DNA of 64,000 nucleotides from Vitrella brassicaformis CCMP3155 (lineage: Eukaryota; Protista; Chromerida), in the NCBI GenBank assembly GCA_001179505.1, contig CDMY01000179.1:1-64000 (forward strand), given 5' to 3'. Made by a program: the position numbers and the translations under genes. Positions within the stretch are counted from its first letter, which is position 1. Each line of letters opens with the position of its first letter. The notes beneath the pieces are model-generated. The model saw only the letters and a program-made list of their open reading frames with translations, was not told the origin of the DNA and searched no databases. Positions 22,867-35,444 of this stretch are shown here, piece after piece.

Positions 22867-24106
22867 CTACCCGCCCGACCATCTGTTTCGTCCCCACCCC
22901 TGCCTCCACTGCATGCCCTTCATGGCATCCACCACCTCCATGCTCATCCACCCAGCACGCACCATCCCAATGCCGCCGTCAACGCCCAGCTCCTCCCGCA
23001 CACGTGTGCTACTCGCGTCACCCAGCCGCATCAGCACCCCAGCTCCGCACAGCAGCACAAACACGCCACCGTCCGCAGCTAGTGTCGACGCAGACGCATT
23101 GCCGTGGGTGAAGGGCACAAGGTGTGCCGTCACTTGCTGCTGCCGCTGTTGGATGGATGGCAGGGTGACGGTGACGGTCCTGTGGTGGTGCTGCCTGAGT
23201 ATTTCGTGTCGGATGGTGTCTGTGGCTGGCTGTCGCTCCAGGCAGACAATGCGGCGGTGTCGCTGCTCCTCGAGTGACTGTGGTTGGCGCCACAGCTTGC
23301 AGCGGAGAGCGAAGTCAGCACCGGCCACCTCCCATACCTCTGAACCAACGAACGGACAAACACATCACAGGCATAACGCAGCGCTTAGAGGCGTTGATTG
23401 TCTTTCAGTTGTGCAGGTGATCCACGCATGTGGCGGTACCGAGCTTCATGCCTTTCATGTCGACTCGCTGAGGGATGACCTTGGCCAGCTCCCTGAACCA
23501 CACACGACAGATGCGATCCGCACCATGATTCGACATCTCATCTCCTCCCACACAGAACTCACTCGGCCAGTGCCCAGCTGCTGTGCCATCCCCATGGACA
23601 CACCGACAGCCACGCTGACCCAACGGCAGGCGGCCGATGTGTCTGGCAGGCCACCTCGCAGAGCCTGACACGGTCGGCCAGGCTCAGCGAAGGCTCCCCC
23701 TTTTTGGCCTGCTTATTGTCTACGTACTGCTCGGAGGACGGGATCAAATATCCTGCATGGCATGGCATGCAGCACACAGGACATTGACTGACAAGTGGTT
23801 TGCCTACAAGGCGTCTACAAGGCGTCCATCCTACCTACCTTGCGCCACAGGCACCCCGAAGATGGTCTGCACAGCAGCCCGGCAGACCTCCATCGCCTCC
23901 AAATGGCCATTGTGCACCTAAACGCACAATCGACGAGTGAGTGAATCCAATTGAGTGAATCTGTCTGTGTGTCACGTGTCATCTTGGCTTACAGGGCAAA
24001 GTGCGCCGGAGAGCATCAAAACGGCCACGCGTGTCTGGTGCTCGACGGCCTCGATGCGCTCAGACAGGCTGTCTATCGGCAAGGGCAGCATCTCCGCTGT
24101 CGTCAT
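22867..24106 (-). CDS. NMNAT: Nicotinamide/nicotinate mononucleotide adenylyltransferase-like (cytidylyltransferase-like fold)
   Basis: Spliced LSGALCP|VHNGHLEAME (HxGH motif), G|YLIPSSEQYVDNK..SLADRVRLCEVAC, VAGADFAL, IVCLER, GDASSTRVREEL (SST motif). Confidence 0.8.
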
Positions 24107-25241
24107 CAGACGCTCTGGTCGCTTTCCGTTACGTCGCGTCAAAACGACCCCTCGTTTCCACGCAGCTCTAAGCTCGCAGATGGATCGTATGGAGGTTTTC
24201 TTCTCTCCGAGGTCTTGGAGGGCATTGGCTGTACGTCTTGGTGCGTGTGGCTGCCAAAAGCGAAAAGAAAAGGCAAAATTGATGGATAGATGAATGGATA
24301 GATTCCCATTTGAGCTCGATTAATATGCTTTGCTATGGGACGGCAGACCTCATTAATGTGGGAGAGAGTCCGGGGCAGAGGCCAGCGAGGTAAGGTGCAT
24401 AGCCAGGGAGTAAATGAGTGAGTGAGTCCATCTAGTCAGTGTGTGTCTTGGTGTGCGCACGTACGTACAGACATACATGTAACGTACGGGACATACATAT
24501 CGAGGCAGCCAGGGAGGGAGGGACCCCACCAGACAGCGACACACAGCCAGACATTCCTTCCAAGCCGCTCTAGCCAGAGGTACCCATATCAGCGCGGACA
24601 CACACACGCACGGCTGTCTATCAATCACGTCTTCCTCCAACACACAAAACAGCTGCATGCATCCGCCGTGCTCTATCGTGATTTGCTCGGTTGGAGCCAA
24701 GTGCAGCTCTTCGCCCGCAACCAGGACCCTTATGGCTGAGTTCTTGGCCGCAAGTATCCAGGCAGCATCGCAAAGAGCCGCACACCGACCACAAACCGTC
24801 ACGAAGACAACATCCATCCTTTTATCCATCCATCCATCCGTCCAGGCAGACAGACGGGCAGGTAGGCAGGCAGGCAGGCAGGCAACCGATTCCTCACTCA
24901 TCGGTCGGTCAAACCGATGCACGCGCACATCGCTGCACTTGACACTTAGTAAGGCAACAAGCTTGGAAACAAAACAGCGGGAAACCAGCTAGCTGTGCTG
25001 TAAGTGCGGCAGTGAGTGGGGCAAAAGCTGCATGCGAGGCAAAGCAGTCAGTAGGCGGGCAGTGGCAACCATGACGCTAGCAGACGGACGGACACAGGAC
25101 CGAGCAAAGCATGGATGGTGTGTAAGCAAGAAGGTTGCCAAGGTCGCACACTGCCGGTGGGTATGCATGGATGGATGTCTGAGTGGATGAGTGTGTGCGG
25201 GCTTGTGTGTCTGTCGGTCGGTCCATCTAATCTAATCTCTC

Positions 25242-28200
25242 TCAGCTGCCCTCCTGTCCCAGGTTGAGCATCTCCATGTCCTCGCGCGCAGCAGCCTCGT
25301 CAGCCTAAAGCACACCCACCATCCGTGACATCCATCCATCCATCCATGCAGAGTAGCGCATCTCTCTGAGTGAGTGTATAGGTAGGTATGGCCGACGGAC
25401 GTGACGAATGTGTGCCTCCTCACCTCCTGTTTGAGTTCCTCTAGGGTTTTCTTTTTGAGTTCGTACCACCACCGCTCGCGCTCCTCCTCGCGCCAACGAG
25501 CCAACGTGTCCGCATCAGCAGCTGATAGATAGGAACACACACATGCATCAAAGACAATGGTGGGCGGCCTGCCTTAGTGAGTGCTGTCTGTGTTAGTGCT
25601 GTCTGTGGTGCTGTGCTTGCTCACTTTCTCGCGGGTCCTCCCACTGTGTCGATTTGGTCTCGTGGTTCTGGACACACCACCCACACGCGGCAGCACACAC
25701 ATCCATGCTCATCATCCTATCCGTGCATGGCATGTATCGTATGTATCTGTGTGTGTCACGTATGTATGCCATGCATGCCTTGAAGTAGCATCTGCCTTGC
25801 GTGTCGAGGGCGGCAGACATCAACGGAGGCAAACCTAAAATACAATTGCATTACCACACAGCACACAGAGACTTGACTGACTTTTGCCCCGTCCACACCA
25901 CACACTCGGTCTGTCTGTCTGTCTGTCTGTCGCTGTCCTTGGTTGCGCCGTACGTACCTCTTGGGTCGACGTATGTGGTCTTTCGTGTGGGGTGGTAGGC
26001 GAAGTAGACCTCGCCCTGCGGACTCAGACGCATCTCCCACCCTGACAGACAGACAGACAGACATACACAGCCATCCCATCCATGCATTCATTGCATTGTG
26101 GCCGATCAACCAACTGTCTGTTGGTACTGTTGTAGATGCGCCGCGCCCTGCTGACTGACCGTGTGAGAGCCCCCGTGGGTCGATGAAGGTCGTCTGGCGG
26201 GTCTTGTGATACGCGTAGTACACACGACCTGCACACACACAGCAAACACATCACACATGGATGGATGGAAGGCTTCTTGACCCACCGCCCCACCATCCCA
26301 TCCACCCATCCACCGTCACGCACCAGAGTTGGGGTCGATTCTCTGGTCCCAGTTCTCGGGCAGGAAACGGGGGTCCGTCTGCAGGCGGGAGAAGCGAGGC
26401 AAAGATGCGATCAATGAGGGAGGCATCGCATCATGGTGTCAGTCGACTGACGGCGGGAGTAGTACTTGGTCTGTGTCTTGTCTTACCCAGCAGGTGCATT
26501 TGGATCGATGGTCCGCGAAGTAGGGCCGACCTGACAGCAGGTGATGTGAAGACGGATGCAATCACTATTGTCTGTCAGTAGTTCTCCCTGCTGACTGACC
26601 CGTCCTTCGGTCCTTCCGCATCTCCCAGTTGGGCGGCAACTCAATCTGCACACACATCACATACACGTGCTCAAGCGCACCATTTTGCCCCCTCTTCTCT
26701 CTCTGCAGTGAATGCAGTGGCCACTGCCTCCCGCACGCACCTACCTCTTCCATGTAGTCCCACTGCGCCTGGATCTCCTGCAGCTGTGCCTGCTGCATGG
26801 GTGCACTGTGTGTGAGCTGCTGCTGGATCTGGTCGCCGATCGTCCCCTGCCCCGTGTTGGGCGTCATCACCATACCCTCCATGCCAACGCCACCAGTCAC
26901 ATCACCGCTGTCCGCAGGGGGACGCTGCACACAACAGGCAGGCAGGCAGACTCAGGGAGGAGGTTTCTGGTCTTGTGTGCGTGTTGGTGCTTCGATGTGT
27001 ATGTTGGTTACGTCAGCTGCAGTGTCTTGTGCGTCGGGTTGTTGGTCATGTGTCCCCTCGGGTGCCTGCTGCAGCGGCATCCGGTGAGCCTGCAGTGGCA
27101 GCGTCGGGGGCGTCTGGTCAAAGCCACAACACATACACACACTCATTCATTGGCTGCATGCCGGCCGTTTTGTTCGTCTGTCTGTCAACTGCCGGCCCAC
27201 CACCGCACTCACCCCCTGGCAGACGTTGGGGAATGGTATCCCGGCAAGTAGCAGGAAGCCGCCCTGTACTGTTGGTGCAGGGTGGTCTTGGTAGCTGCCG
27301 CCCGCCAGCTGGGCGTACTTGGGGCAGTTGCTGTACTCGATCTCACCTGACACACATAGCCACACACAGAGTTACAGTCAGACACACAACTCATGAATGC
27401 TGTCCAGCTGTGAGTGACGTGACGGTCTGGTGCTGGTCTGTGTGGCTACCGGTGAGCTCTCCAACGACAGCGTTGTTGTGGCGGACGGGCACTGATTGTA
27501 CCGACACAACCGCTCATGTGCAGGGGTTACAGTGCTTGTAAGTTAAGGTGCTTTGTGGCCATGTGGCCACCTACCTTGGAACGACACGGCGCCGTCCATC
27601 TTGAAGTACTCACAAAACGACACCACAGCTACACACACACACACACACACACACATCCATCCATCCATCCGTGTGTCTGGTGTTGGGCGGCCTGACCTTC
27701 TCCTAGAAGCTGTTCCTGCTGGTCGAGCACCTGGAACCTAAGATGCTCATTCTCCTCAGGCCCCACCAGGTCCCACTAAGACAGCGACCCACACACACAC
27801 ATAGAGAAGACATGGATTGGATACGCTGCAGCATGGAAGATGGACGTGCCCACTGCACTGACCAGTGTGGTTTCGAAGGTCATCGATTTGGGGTCGCTCC
27901 ACTTGCCATCCTGACACACGAAGAGAGAGCGAAGAGAAGAGAAGAGAAGCCGTCTGGTTGTGGTGCTGCGTCGTCTTGTGCGCACAGGTGAGTATGGGTG
28001 TTGGGCCTGCAGCGTGCCCTCCATCGATGGGAACACATGGATGGCCGCACCAGCCGGCTGACCCTGAAGCGGAGCGGATCGGATACACACATGTGACGTG
28101 CATGCGACCAACAAGCAGGACACTCGCGTGTGTCAGCCTAGCACGTGTTGCTGGTTGGCGGTGCGGTTGTCTTGCCTGCCCTGCATACCTTGAGTGTGAG

Positions 28201-28576
28201 TGAGAGGTTGTTGGTGCTGACCGTCACCTCCGACATCATCTTCATCACACAAATAAACTTCAAAGTACCCTGAATATACACATACATACGCAAACACATC
28301 CATGCCATGCCATGCCATGCACTCCTCTCCCCCCCTCCGCTCCCTTCCCACGCCGTCTGTGTGTCTGTTCGTGCAGTGTCGCCCAATTATCAGCAACCCC
28401 ACTCACCGCGGGTTTCTGTTGGTCTTTTAGTGTGAGTGTGTAGTATCGCGGCCCCGTGGCCAGCGTGAAGAGGTCCACAGACGTCTCCCCGATGAAGTCA
28501 GCACCACCTACCATGTTGTGGTCGTAACAAGAGATCTTCAGACGCTTCCTACAAACACAGCCAGCCAACAGGCAAC

Positions 28577-28610
<34 letters not shown>

Positions 28611-28998
28611 TGCCGGCTGAGGTGTGTTGGGTGTCTGACGTCTGTCCTTCCCCCGTCCAGCCCAGCCCCACACACAGACCGACCGACCGACCGTTGCAGC
28701 TTGTCGAGGAATTTGGTCCTGTATGTGAACCGCTTCTGGAAGCCCCATTGGGGATTCAAGTTGCGCACCTCCTTATCGGTCTGACAACACACACACAATC
28801 ATGCATACCAGACACACATTCAATGCCTGCCTGCCTGCCTTTTTGTGCGTCTGTCTGTCTGTCAGCCACCTTGAAGAGTTTGAAGTTGTCGAAGTCGATC
28901 TTGAGGTAGGGGTCCGATGTGCCGCTGCGGTCTTTGGCGGGCAGCCCGCGGGCAGAGAAATCCAACATCTGCACGTCAAACTTGTACTGAGTACCCAT
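25242..28998 (-). CDS. Tandem C2 domains plus four WW domains, with no HECT domain
   Basis: C2: SARGLPAKDRSGTSDPYLKI, NLNPQW, LKISCYDHNMVGGADFIGE. Second C2-like: EHLRFQVLDQQEQLLGE|AVVSF. WW1 LPPNWEMRKDRRT|GRPYFADHRSKCTCW|TDP; WW2 LPENWDQRIDPNS|GRVYYAYHKTRQTTFIDP; WW3 GWEMRLSPQGEVYFAYHPTRKTTYVDP; WW4 LPPLMSAALDTQGRCYFK|NHETKSTQWEDP. Stop after LNLGQEGS. Confidence 0.85.
25705..25778 (-). other. GC-AG intron inside WW4 of the C2-WW gene
   Basis: TACTTCAAG|GCATGC..TGTCCAG|AACCAC gives GRCYFK|NHETKSTQWEDP in phase 0; the nearest GT donor gives the wrong phase. The acceptor coordinate is approximate. Confidence 0.75.
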
Positions 28999-29462
28999 TC
29001 TCACGAACGAAGGGCGTCCGGCGGGGTTGACGGGATGAGGGCGAAATGAAAGGCTTCACAACGGTCGGGTGGTGGTGAGGAGGGAGAAATACCACAGACG
29101 GTGCGGTTGGGCCTCTCGGAGAGGGAGGGGAAGAGAGAAGCCGGCAGGGGGTCGATGAGTGGTGGGTGGCTGCTTGGCTGATCCCACGAGGGGCTGATCA
29201 CGACAAACGACAAACGAGATCTTGTGCCAGGCGCAGGCAGGGGTGCAGGGAAGAGGTTGGGATTGTTACGGCGCACCACGTGCGAGCTCAGTTTTGACGA
29301 TCGTGCGAGGAGCGCTTCTTTGTTTGTCGCGTTTTGGGGAGCATTGAGGGCTTTATGTGAAGCCTGACTGGTCCATGAGTCAGGTGGACCCATGCAGACA
29401 CGTCTAACGATAGATCTGTCGATCAACTCATGGGCGCATGCAGGCTCCTTTCGCGTGGTGCT

Positions 29463-31437
29463 CTAGTTCTTGATGAGCATGTAGAGGATGTGGTCGGCTT
29501 GCCGCACTTGCCAATCCATCTGGTGCACTGGCAGCAGGGCTGCACACAACACACACAACACATGACATCACATGCACACCGACAGACGAGTACACAGAGA
29601 GTGGGTGGATGTGTGTGTGTTGGTTACCGTCGAGCATTTGGATGATGCCTGTCATGACCTGCTGCCCCTCGTGCCAATTCTTCTGGAACTCACGCGCACC
29701 CTCTGCACGCACACACGCACACACACATGACTTGGATTCTGACCCGACCCACCCCTCCCACCGGCCGACCAGGGTCATCAGGTGACAGTTCCTGTGCCTC
29801 GAGTGCCAGCCCCGCGTGTATCCTCTTGACCTCATCCGCCAGCTGGCTGAGGTCCTCCATGCTGAGCGTGTCGGTGCCCTCGTACGCCTTGCGGATGGCA
29901 GACATCTTCTCCTCAAACTCTTCAACTAATGGGCCAATGCGATAGATGGCATACGTGGCAGATGTGTGTCTGTGTGTGTTATACGGTTGGAGTACGGTCC
30001 ACTTTTCCTTCCCATTGGTCCCTCCTCGCTGAGCGGAATGACCTCGAGCGTCCAATCCAGCGTCTTGGGAAAGGGCCTCTGGTAGCAAAGACACACACAC
30101 AGACAATCGCCGTGTAAACAGAGGCAGGAGAGATACTTGTAGAGTAGATCGACCGCACCTTGAGGCCAGATGCGTCGAGGTCGATGTTGGAGGGTCTGAG
30201 GACGGGCAGGCGGCGTGATGGCCTGCCGTGGCTTACCGCCACGTATCGACCGCCAGGCCTGTCGACTCACACAGATGGCCGGTGGGCGTCCCACTTGCTT
30301 CCCTTCCAGTAGTGGTCTCTCTTGTCGCTGGCTCACTTGAGTATTCTGTGCATCTCCTCGACGTATTGGCTGCCCTGCCACCCCCAAGTCACGCTGCCCT
30401 CACCGCGGCACTAATGACCACACACACGTAGAGAGAGAGACGGATTAATTAAGGGGATCTGACTGGGGATCTGACTGTGGCATTTATTCACCCTTCACCG
30501 ACCATGATGGCGTCCAGCGTGCCCTTGTCTATGACGACATCGAAATGGTCGCTCGGAAGCCCCGTCCGAAGACCGTCGCCAACCACCCCTAAACACACAC
30601 ATACGCACGTGCACACACGCGCCGAACAGCGTGACTTTCGTGTGTGTGCCTTCTCACACTCGAGCGTTGGGTGCCTTTCTTTTTGCATCTCTATGGCGGC
30701 TGGCGATATGTCCATGTTGGTCACGCGCCGAAAGCCCTCTCCGGCCAGACAGACGCCCATATCTGAATGAGTGAATCATGAGCGCAGACCAGACACGACA
30801 CACAGAGAAGCACAACACACGATATGCTATGCTATGCACTGGGTTGGTTGATGCTGCTGCTGCATCCATCGAATCGACGGATGGGATGCGTGGGCCTTCC
30901 TCACCTGATTGACCGCACCCGACGTGAAGAATGCGGTCTTCACTCGACATGTACCGCACCAACAGGCCCTGGCATGGCAGTCGCCCAGCACACAGAGAGG
31001 GGAAGAAAGAACGAGCCATAGATGCTCCCGTGTATCGACGCACAGCACACGTAAGATGATGCGTGAGAGGTGCTGTGATTTACCTGTAGGTCCTCCCACG
31101 ACCTCAGCCACTCATGGTTGCCGCTCTCCTCTCCACTCGCAGACGACAAACTGAACAAAACAACCATCCACACAGGCAGTTCGCGACGGCCTCTCCGTCG
31201 GGAGATGAACAGTATGCTCACCTCTGGTACCTTCTGTCCCAGTAGTTGCCCTCTCCCAGGGCCTCCTCGACAGCCAGTGACGCGTTCAGCAGGGGATCCA
31301 GACCCACCATGATAGCCCGCTCCTCATCCACACTCCCTGTGACCTTTCTGTCCATCATGTCGATGACGGCACTGGGCGGCTCGCTGACTGCGCTGCTGCG
31401 AAGGGATGATCGGGGAGGAATGCGGCGAGTGAGGCGC
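29463..31437 (-). CDS. Class I SAM-dependent methyltransferase, METTL13/EEF1AKMT4-like, with a helical C-terminal extension; 5' end unresolved
   Basis: GNYWDRRY, HEWL, RILHVGCGQS (motif I), VTNMDISPAAIEMQKER, FDVVIDKGTLDAIM. Confidence 0.85.
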
Positions 31438-31790
31438 TGACAGACACAGCGAGGGGGAGCGGGGATGAACGTGCTGTGTGCTGAGAGCGGGCTGTGCGAA
31501 GCACGAGGATCTGCCGAGCAAAACACAGTCACAGGGCCATGTGTTCATTGTCCGCTTGATGCACTCATCCTGTGTGGATGGATCTGTGAGTTGTGTGTGC
31601 AGATCTACTCACCTGAGTGTCGGAGTGCCCATGACGTTGCGGCGGGCACCACCGCTGCGACTACACGCCACCATCGCCGCTTCCCTGACAGCCTCCTTTC
31701 GCTGTTCTGCATCATTCAATACTTCGTCACCTGCAAGCTTCAGCTCGCGACCGGAGTGACGCGAGCCAATGTCCAGGAGCGAAACATGCG

Positions 31791-33723
31791 ATGGTTGATC
31801 TGTACAAACAAGCTGAGGTGTCCCTTCGCGAGGCCGTCCTTGGTCAGGAATGCAGCTGTGTGAGAGAGTGGAGGCCCTCAATTGTGGATGCGCAGGGCGA
31901 GATTGGCAGCATGGATGAGTTAGTTGACTTGAGGGCAGAGGTGCCGCCTGGAATGGCAGAAAGGCAACGACGGGAGGCATACCGACTGAAGACGCTTCCA
32001 GGTTGGAAACACGAGAGGGGACGCAGGGCAGGGACAAAGGAGAGATGGATGAGATCTGGGACAAAGGGTGATGAATCAATCAATCGTTTTGGTGTGTGTA
32101 TTCACTGATTGACTGTGCAGGTTGTGTGTTTCTCCGGCCTGGCTGAGTGAGGATGAGCAGCTTCTTCTGGCCCACGAGTGCGTCACATCCTACATTGAGG
32201 CGAGCAACCAAGCCAGCACACAAGCAGCCAGTGACTGATTTATAAAGCAGCTGACAGGCATCCGTCTGTTTGATTGCTGTTTGTGTACAGCCCCCACACA
32301 GGACCAATCTCACTGGCTTCGAGGAGGCGGCACGGGAATTCTGGCGTACATACGCACACTCTCAGTAGATAGAGGTCTGCTCTGCGGATGTGCTGCTGTC
32401 TGTTCGGCTTTCAGCGTCAAATGAGGCAATCTTCACCAGGCTGCGATGGGCCACGCTGGTTGGTCAGAGGAACGGAAACAAACCCATCTGAGGACTATAT
32501 TGCAAAGGGATATGATAGGTGATTGAATGGTGTCTGTCTGTCTCTGTCTTAGGGCTACCAATACAAGTGTGTGTCTACGATGCGGCACCTCCCTCCCTCC
32601 CCGTCTATGCCCTCCCATCATCATGATGCACTCTCCATCCCATTCGTTCCTTTGCCCGTCCGTCCATCAGCTGGACTACCCGCCAATACGACGACCGCCT
32701 GCCCTTCACATATGGGCTCACGTGTCTCTGTCGGGAGATCATGACAGAGCTATCGCGTCAGTGTCAGCTGCTGGCTCAAGAGCTGCACCTGACCGGCGAC
32801 TACACACCGCAGGTCAGATCAGATCTATTGGGTCTCTGGGACAAAGGACCAGAGAGCGTCACCTCACCCGACGGTCAAACGAATGCACAGTCTGTCCACA
32901 CAGCTATCTTATGAATCATGTCGTGTAGGCGGCCATAGTGAATCTCTACCGGCGGACCGACCGACTGAGAGGTGGGGAAGCACGCCCTGGCAGGCAGGCA
33001 GTTGGTGACCGGTCGATCGATCGATGCGGAAACATATATGCGGTGCGCGTGTGCGATGCAGGGCACCAGGATGATGCCGAGACCGACGCCACTTCGCCGC
33101 TCGTGTCCATTAGGTAGGTGCGCAACCTCATAATTACTCATAGTGTCTACGCACGTGTCCCGTCCCCTGCCTCCTTGTTCGCAGTTTGGGTTTGCCTGGC
33201 CTGTTTCTCGTTGGTGGCGACACAAGACAGTGAGTGAGCTGGCCGGGCTGCTGAGGGAGGGAGGGAGGGAGGGAGGGAGGAGGCAGTCAGAACAGAGCGA
33301 CACCCATATGTGTGTGCGCTGCGCTATTCAGGCTGTCTCCCCAGCCCGTGGTGCTTCGCGGAGGCGACGTACTGCTGCTGGCCAGCACAGCCCGGAAGTC
33401 TCTCCACGGTACGCAGGCAGGGTGGCGGGACGGCACACACACCCTTGCCAAGAAGTATGCTCGGTTATGTTCCTTCAGGCATAGCGGCCATTATGGATCC
33501 ACAACCTGGTGCCAAGACGGAACATGGCGAGCAAGACGGAGGGGAGCCAGCCCCGCCAACAGCGGCCGGTGCCGGTGCTGGCAGGAGGTGGCAGGAATCG
33601 ACTGCAGTGGGGTCGTTGGAGGGTTTGAGTGGTGATGAGCGTGTGGGGCTGATGGACCTGCTGGCCAAGACACGTATCAATCTGAGCATCAGACAGGTCA
33701 ACCAGGGGGGCAGAGTGACGTGA
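31791..33723 (+). CDS. ALKBH1: AlkB-family Fe(II)/2-oxoglutarate dioxygenase, ALKBH1-like
   Basis: Spliced RLRWATL|GYQYN|WTTRQY, AAIVNLY, GHQDDAE (HxD), PLVSIS|LGLPGLFLVGG, VVLRGGDVLLL..LH|GIAAI (distal His), RINLSIRQV (RxxxxxR). Confidence 0.88.
32200..32290 (+). other. GC-AG intron in the ALKBH1-like gene
   Basis: TACATTGAG|GCGAGC..TGTACAG|CCCCCACAC gives YIE|PPHRTNL, matching the ALKBH1 P-x-x-TN motif. Confidence 0.7.
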
Positions 33724-34464
33724 CCATTCTGGAAGAGGGATGCGACAGACCGCCCAGCTCCGGTGGTCGATGCAGTCAATCATGTGGTGCTGATTGATGT
33801 GATGTTGTCAGTGACTCGCGTGCATTTCCTTGACAGCAGATTCCGTGTGTCCATGTGTGCATGCGTCAGTAATCACACTCCTACGCAATCAGTCCGATGC
33901 CCACACACATCCACACAACACACGCACACACACCCATGACAGTAAGCCGATCCTCACCACTCAGAAAAGGCAGTCTGCCGCCTGGCCGTAGCAGACCGTC
34001 AGCCAGACCCCCACAGGCATACACACACACAGGCACACACACACACACACACACATCTCACAGCAGGCAGACTTTGACGGACAGGATGGCGAATTAGAAG
34101 AGGGGAGGGGGCATGCAGACATGAAGACACGGAGACATGGCCACATCATTCACATAACACGGTATCCATTCCATTACATTCCATACGCCAGCCGGCCGAC
34201 GTACACAACAACCCAACCAGACAACACACACAGAGGAGCGAGAGCGACCGATCCAGCCATTCATCCGAAGAGAGAGAGAGAGAGAGAGAGAGCCAATGCA
34301 TCTCACAGACACGTCCAGACCACAGCCACTCCCTCCCTTCCGTCTGCTTCTCTGTCAGCTGTCTGTCTACTCATCCATCCATCCGGATCCACTCGCTCGG
34401 TCAGTCAGTCAACCCCTTCCTCCCTCCCCTTATTGACAGTCAGTCAGTGAGTATGTGATATCAG

Positions 34465-35396
34465 CTATTGCTCCCCCATCATGCTGCTGCCCCCTGCGCC
34501 CTTGGCCGTCTGCTCGCCACGCGGCCTCTGCTCCCGTCTACCGTCGGCCGCCGTGTCGCCCTCCCCGCCGTCGTCGCCACTCGATGCCGATAGTGCGGCC
34601 GCCTTCCGCTTCTCGGCACAGTGGCATCGAGTGCTACCACCACCAGCACCAGCACCACCACCACCAGCAGCACCAGCACCAGTAGCAGCATGCGATGGCG
34701 ACACGACAACAGACACCTGAACATACAAAATGGTCCACCTGAGTGTGTGTGTCATTGATATGGCGTTGCCACCTTACTTACCTGTGTGGTGTGGTGGTCA
34801 GTAATCCCCGCCAGCTGGTTGTTGACGGCCGAGCGGACACCGGTGAGATCGCCCAGAAGGGCCGTCAGTCTGCCTGCCAGCGACGCACCATCCTGCAGAA
34901 AGACGAGCAATAAGTGAGTTCCGCAGCTCGGCTGTGTGGCGTCTTCTGCGGACCGGTGTGTTGTCGGTGTGTGTGGCTATGATATTCTCTGCCTCCTCAA
35001 GGTCAGACGCAAACTGAGAGGCAACCTGCAAGCCAATACCAACACACTCACACCACTCCTTGCTGCATGGACGTCATCTGTAGACCCCTCTTGTCTCCCC
35101 TTCTTACCGAACGCGTCGAACGTATTGTCTGCAGAAGGTCACTGGAAGAGCCGCCGCCGCCGCCCAGCCCATCTGCACCACACAATCAGGACACAGGCAT
35201 GACACGTGAAAGCTGTCCATTAGGCGCATCTGTGGGGTGGTGGTGTTGTGGTGACCTGCAGGGGCAGCCGGGCCGTCACCGCTGTCTACGTCCACCAAAT
35301 CGCCGCCTGCAGTGTTGGACGAGGAGAGAAAGGACTGTTCTAGTGCCCTTGTGTGGCGTCTTTGTGTGTACCACTGTGTTGCGAGTGGGAAGCCAT
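34465..35396 (-). CDS. Small multi-exon hypothetical protein, Gly-rich and low complexity
   Basis: GT-AG-bounded exons (DGASLAGRLTALLGDLTGVRSAVNNQLAGITDHHTTQ|VSVVVSP..GEQ-stop); start uncertain; no domain recognised. Confidence 0.4.
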
Positions 35397-35444
35397 CGCC
35401 ACACCTGCAGCAGGACCTACACACATCCGTCCACACTGATCCAT

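Noticed and set aside
24353-24992. ORFs between NMNAT and the C2-WW gene, checked as a possible HECT remnant
   Set aside because: No HECT motifs; composition fits UTR/intergenic sequence with microsatellites.
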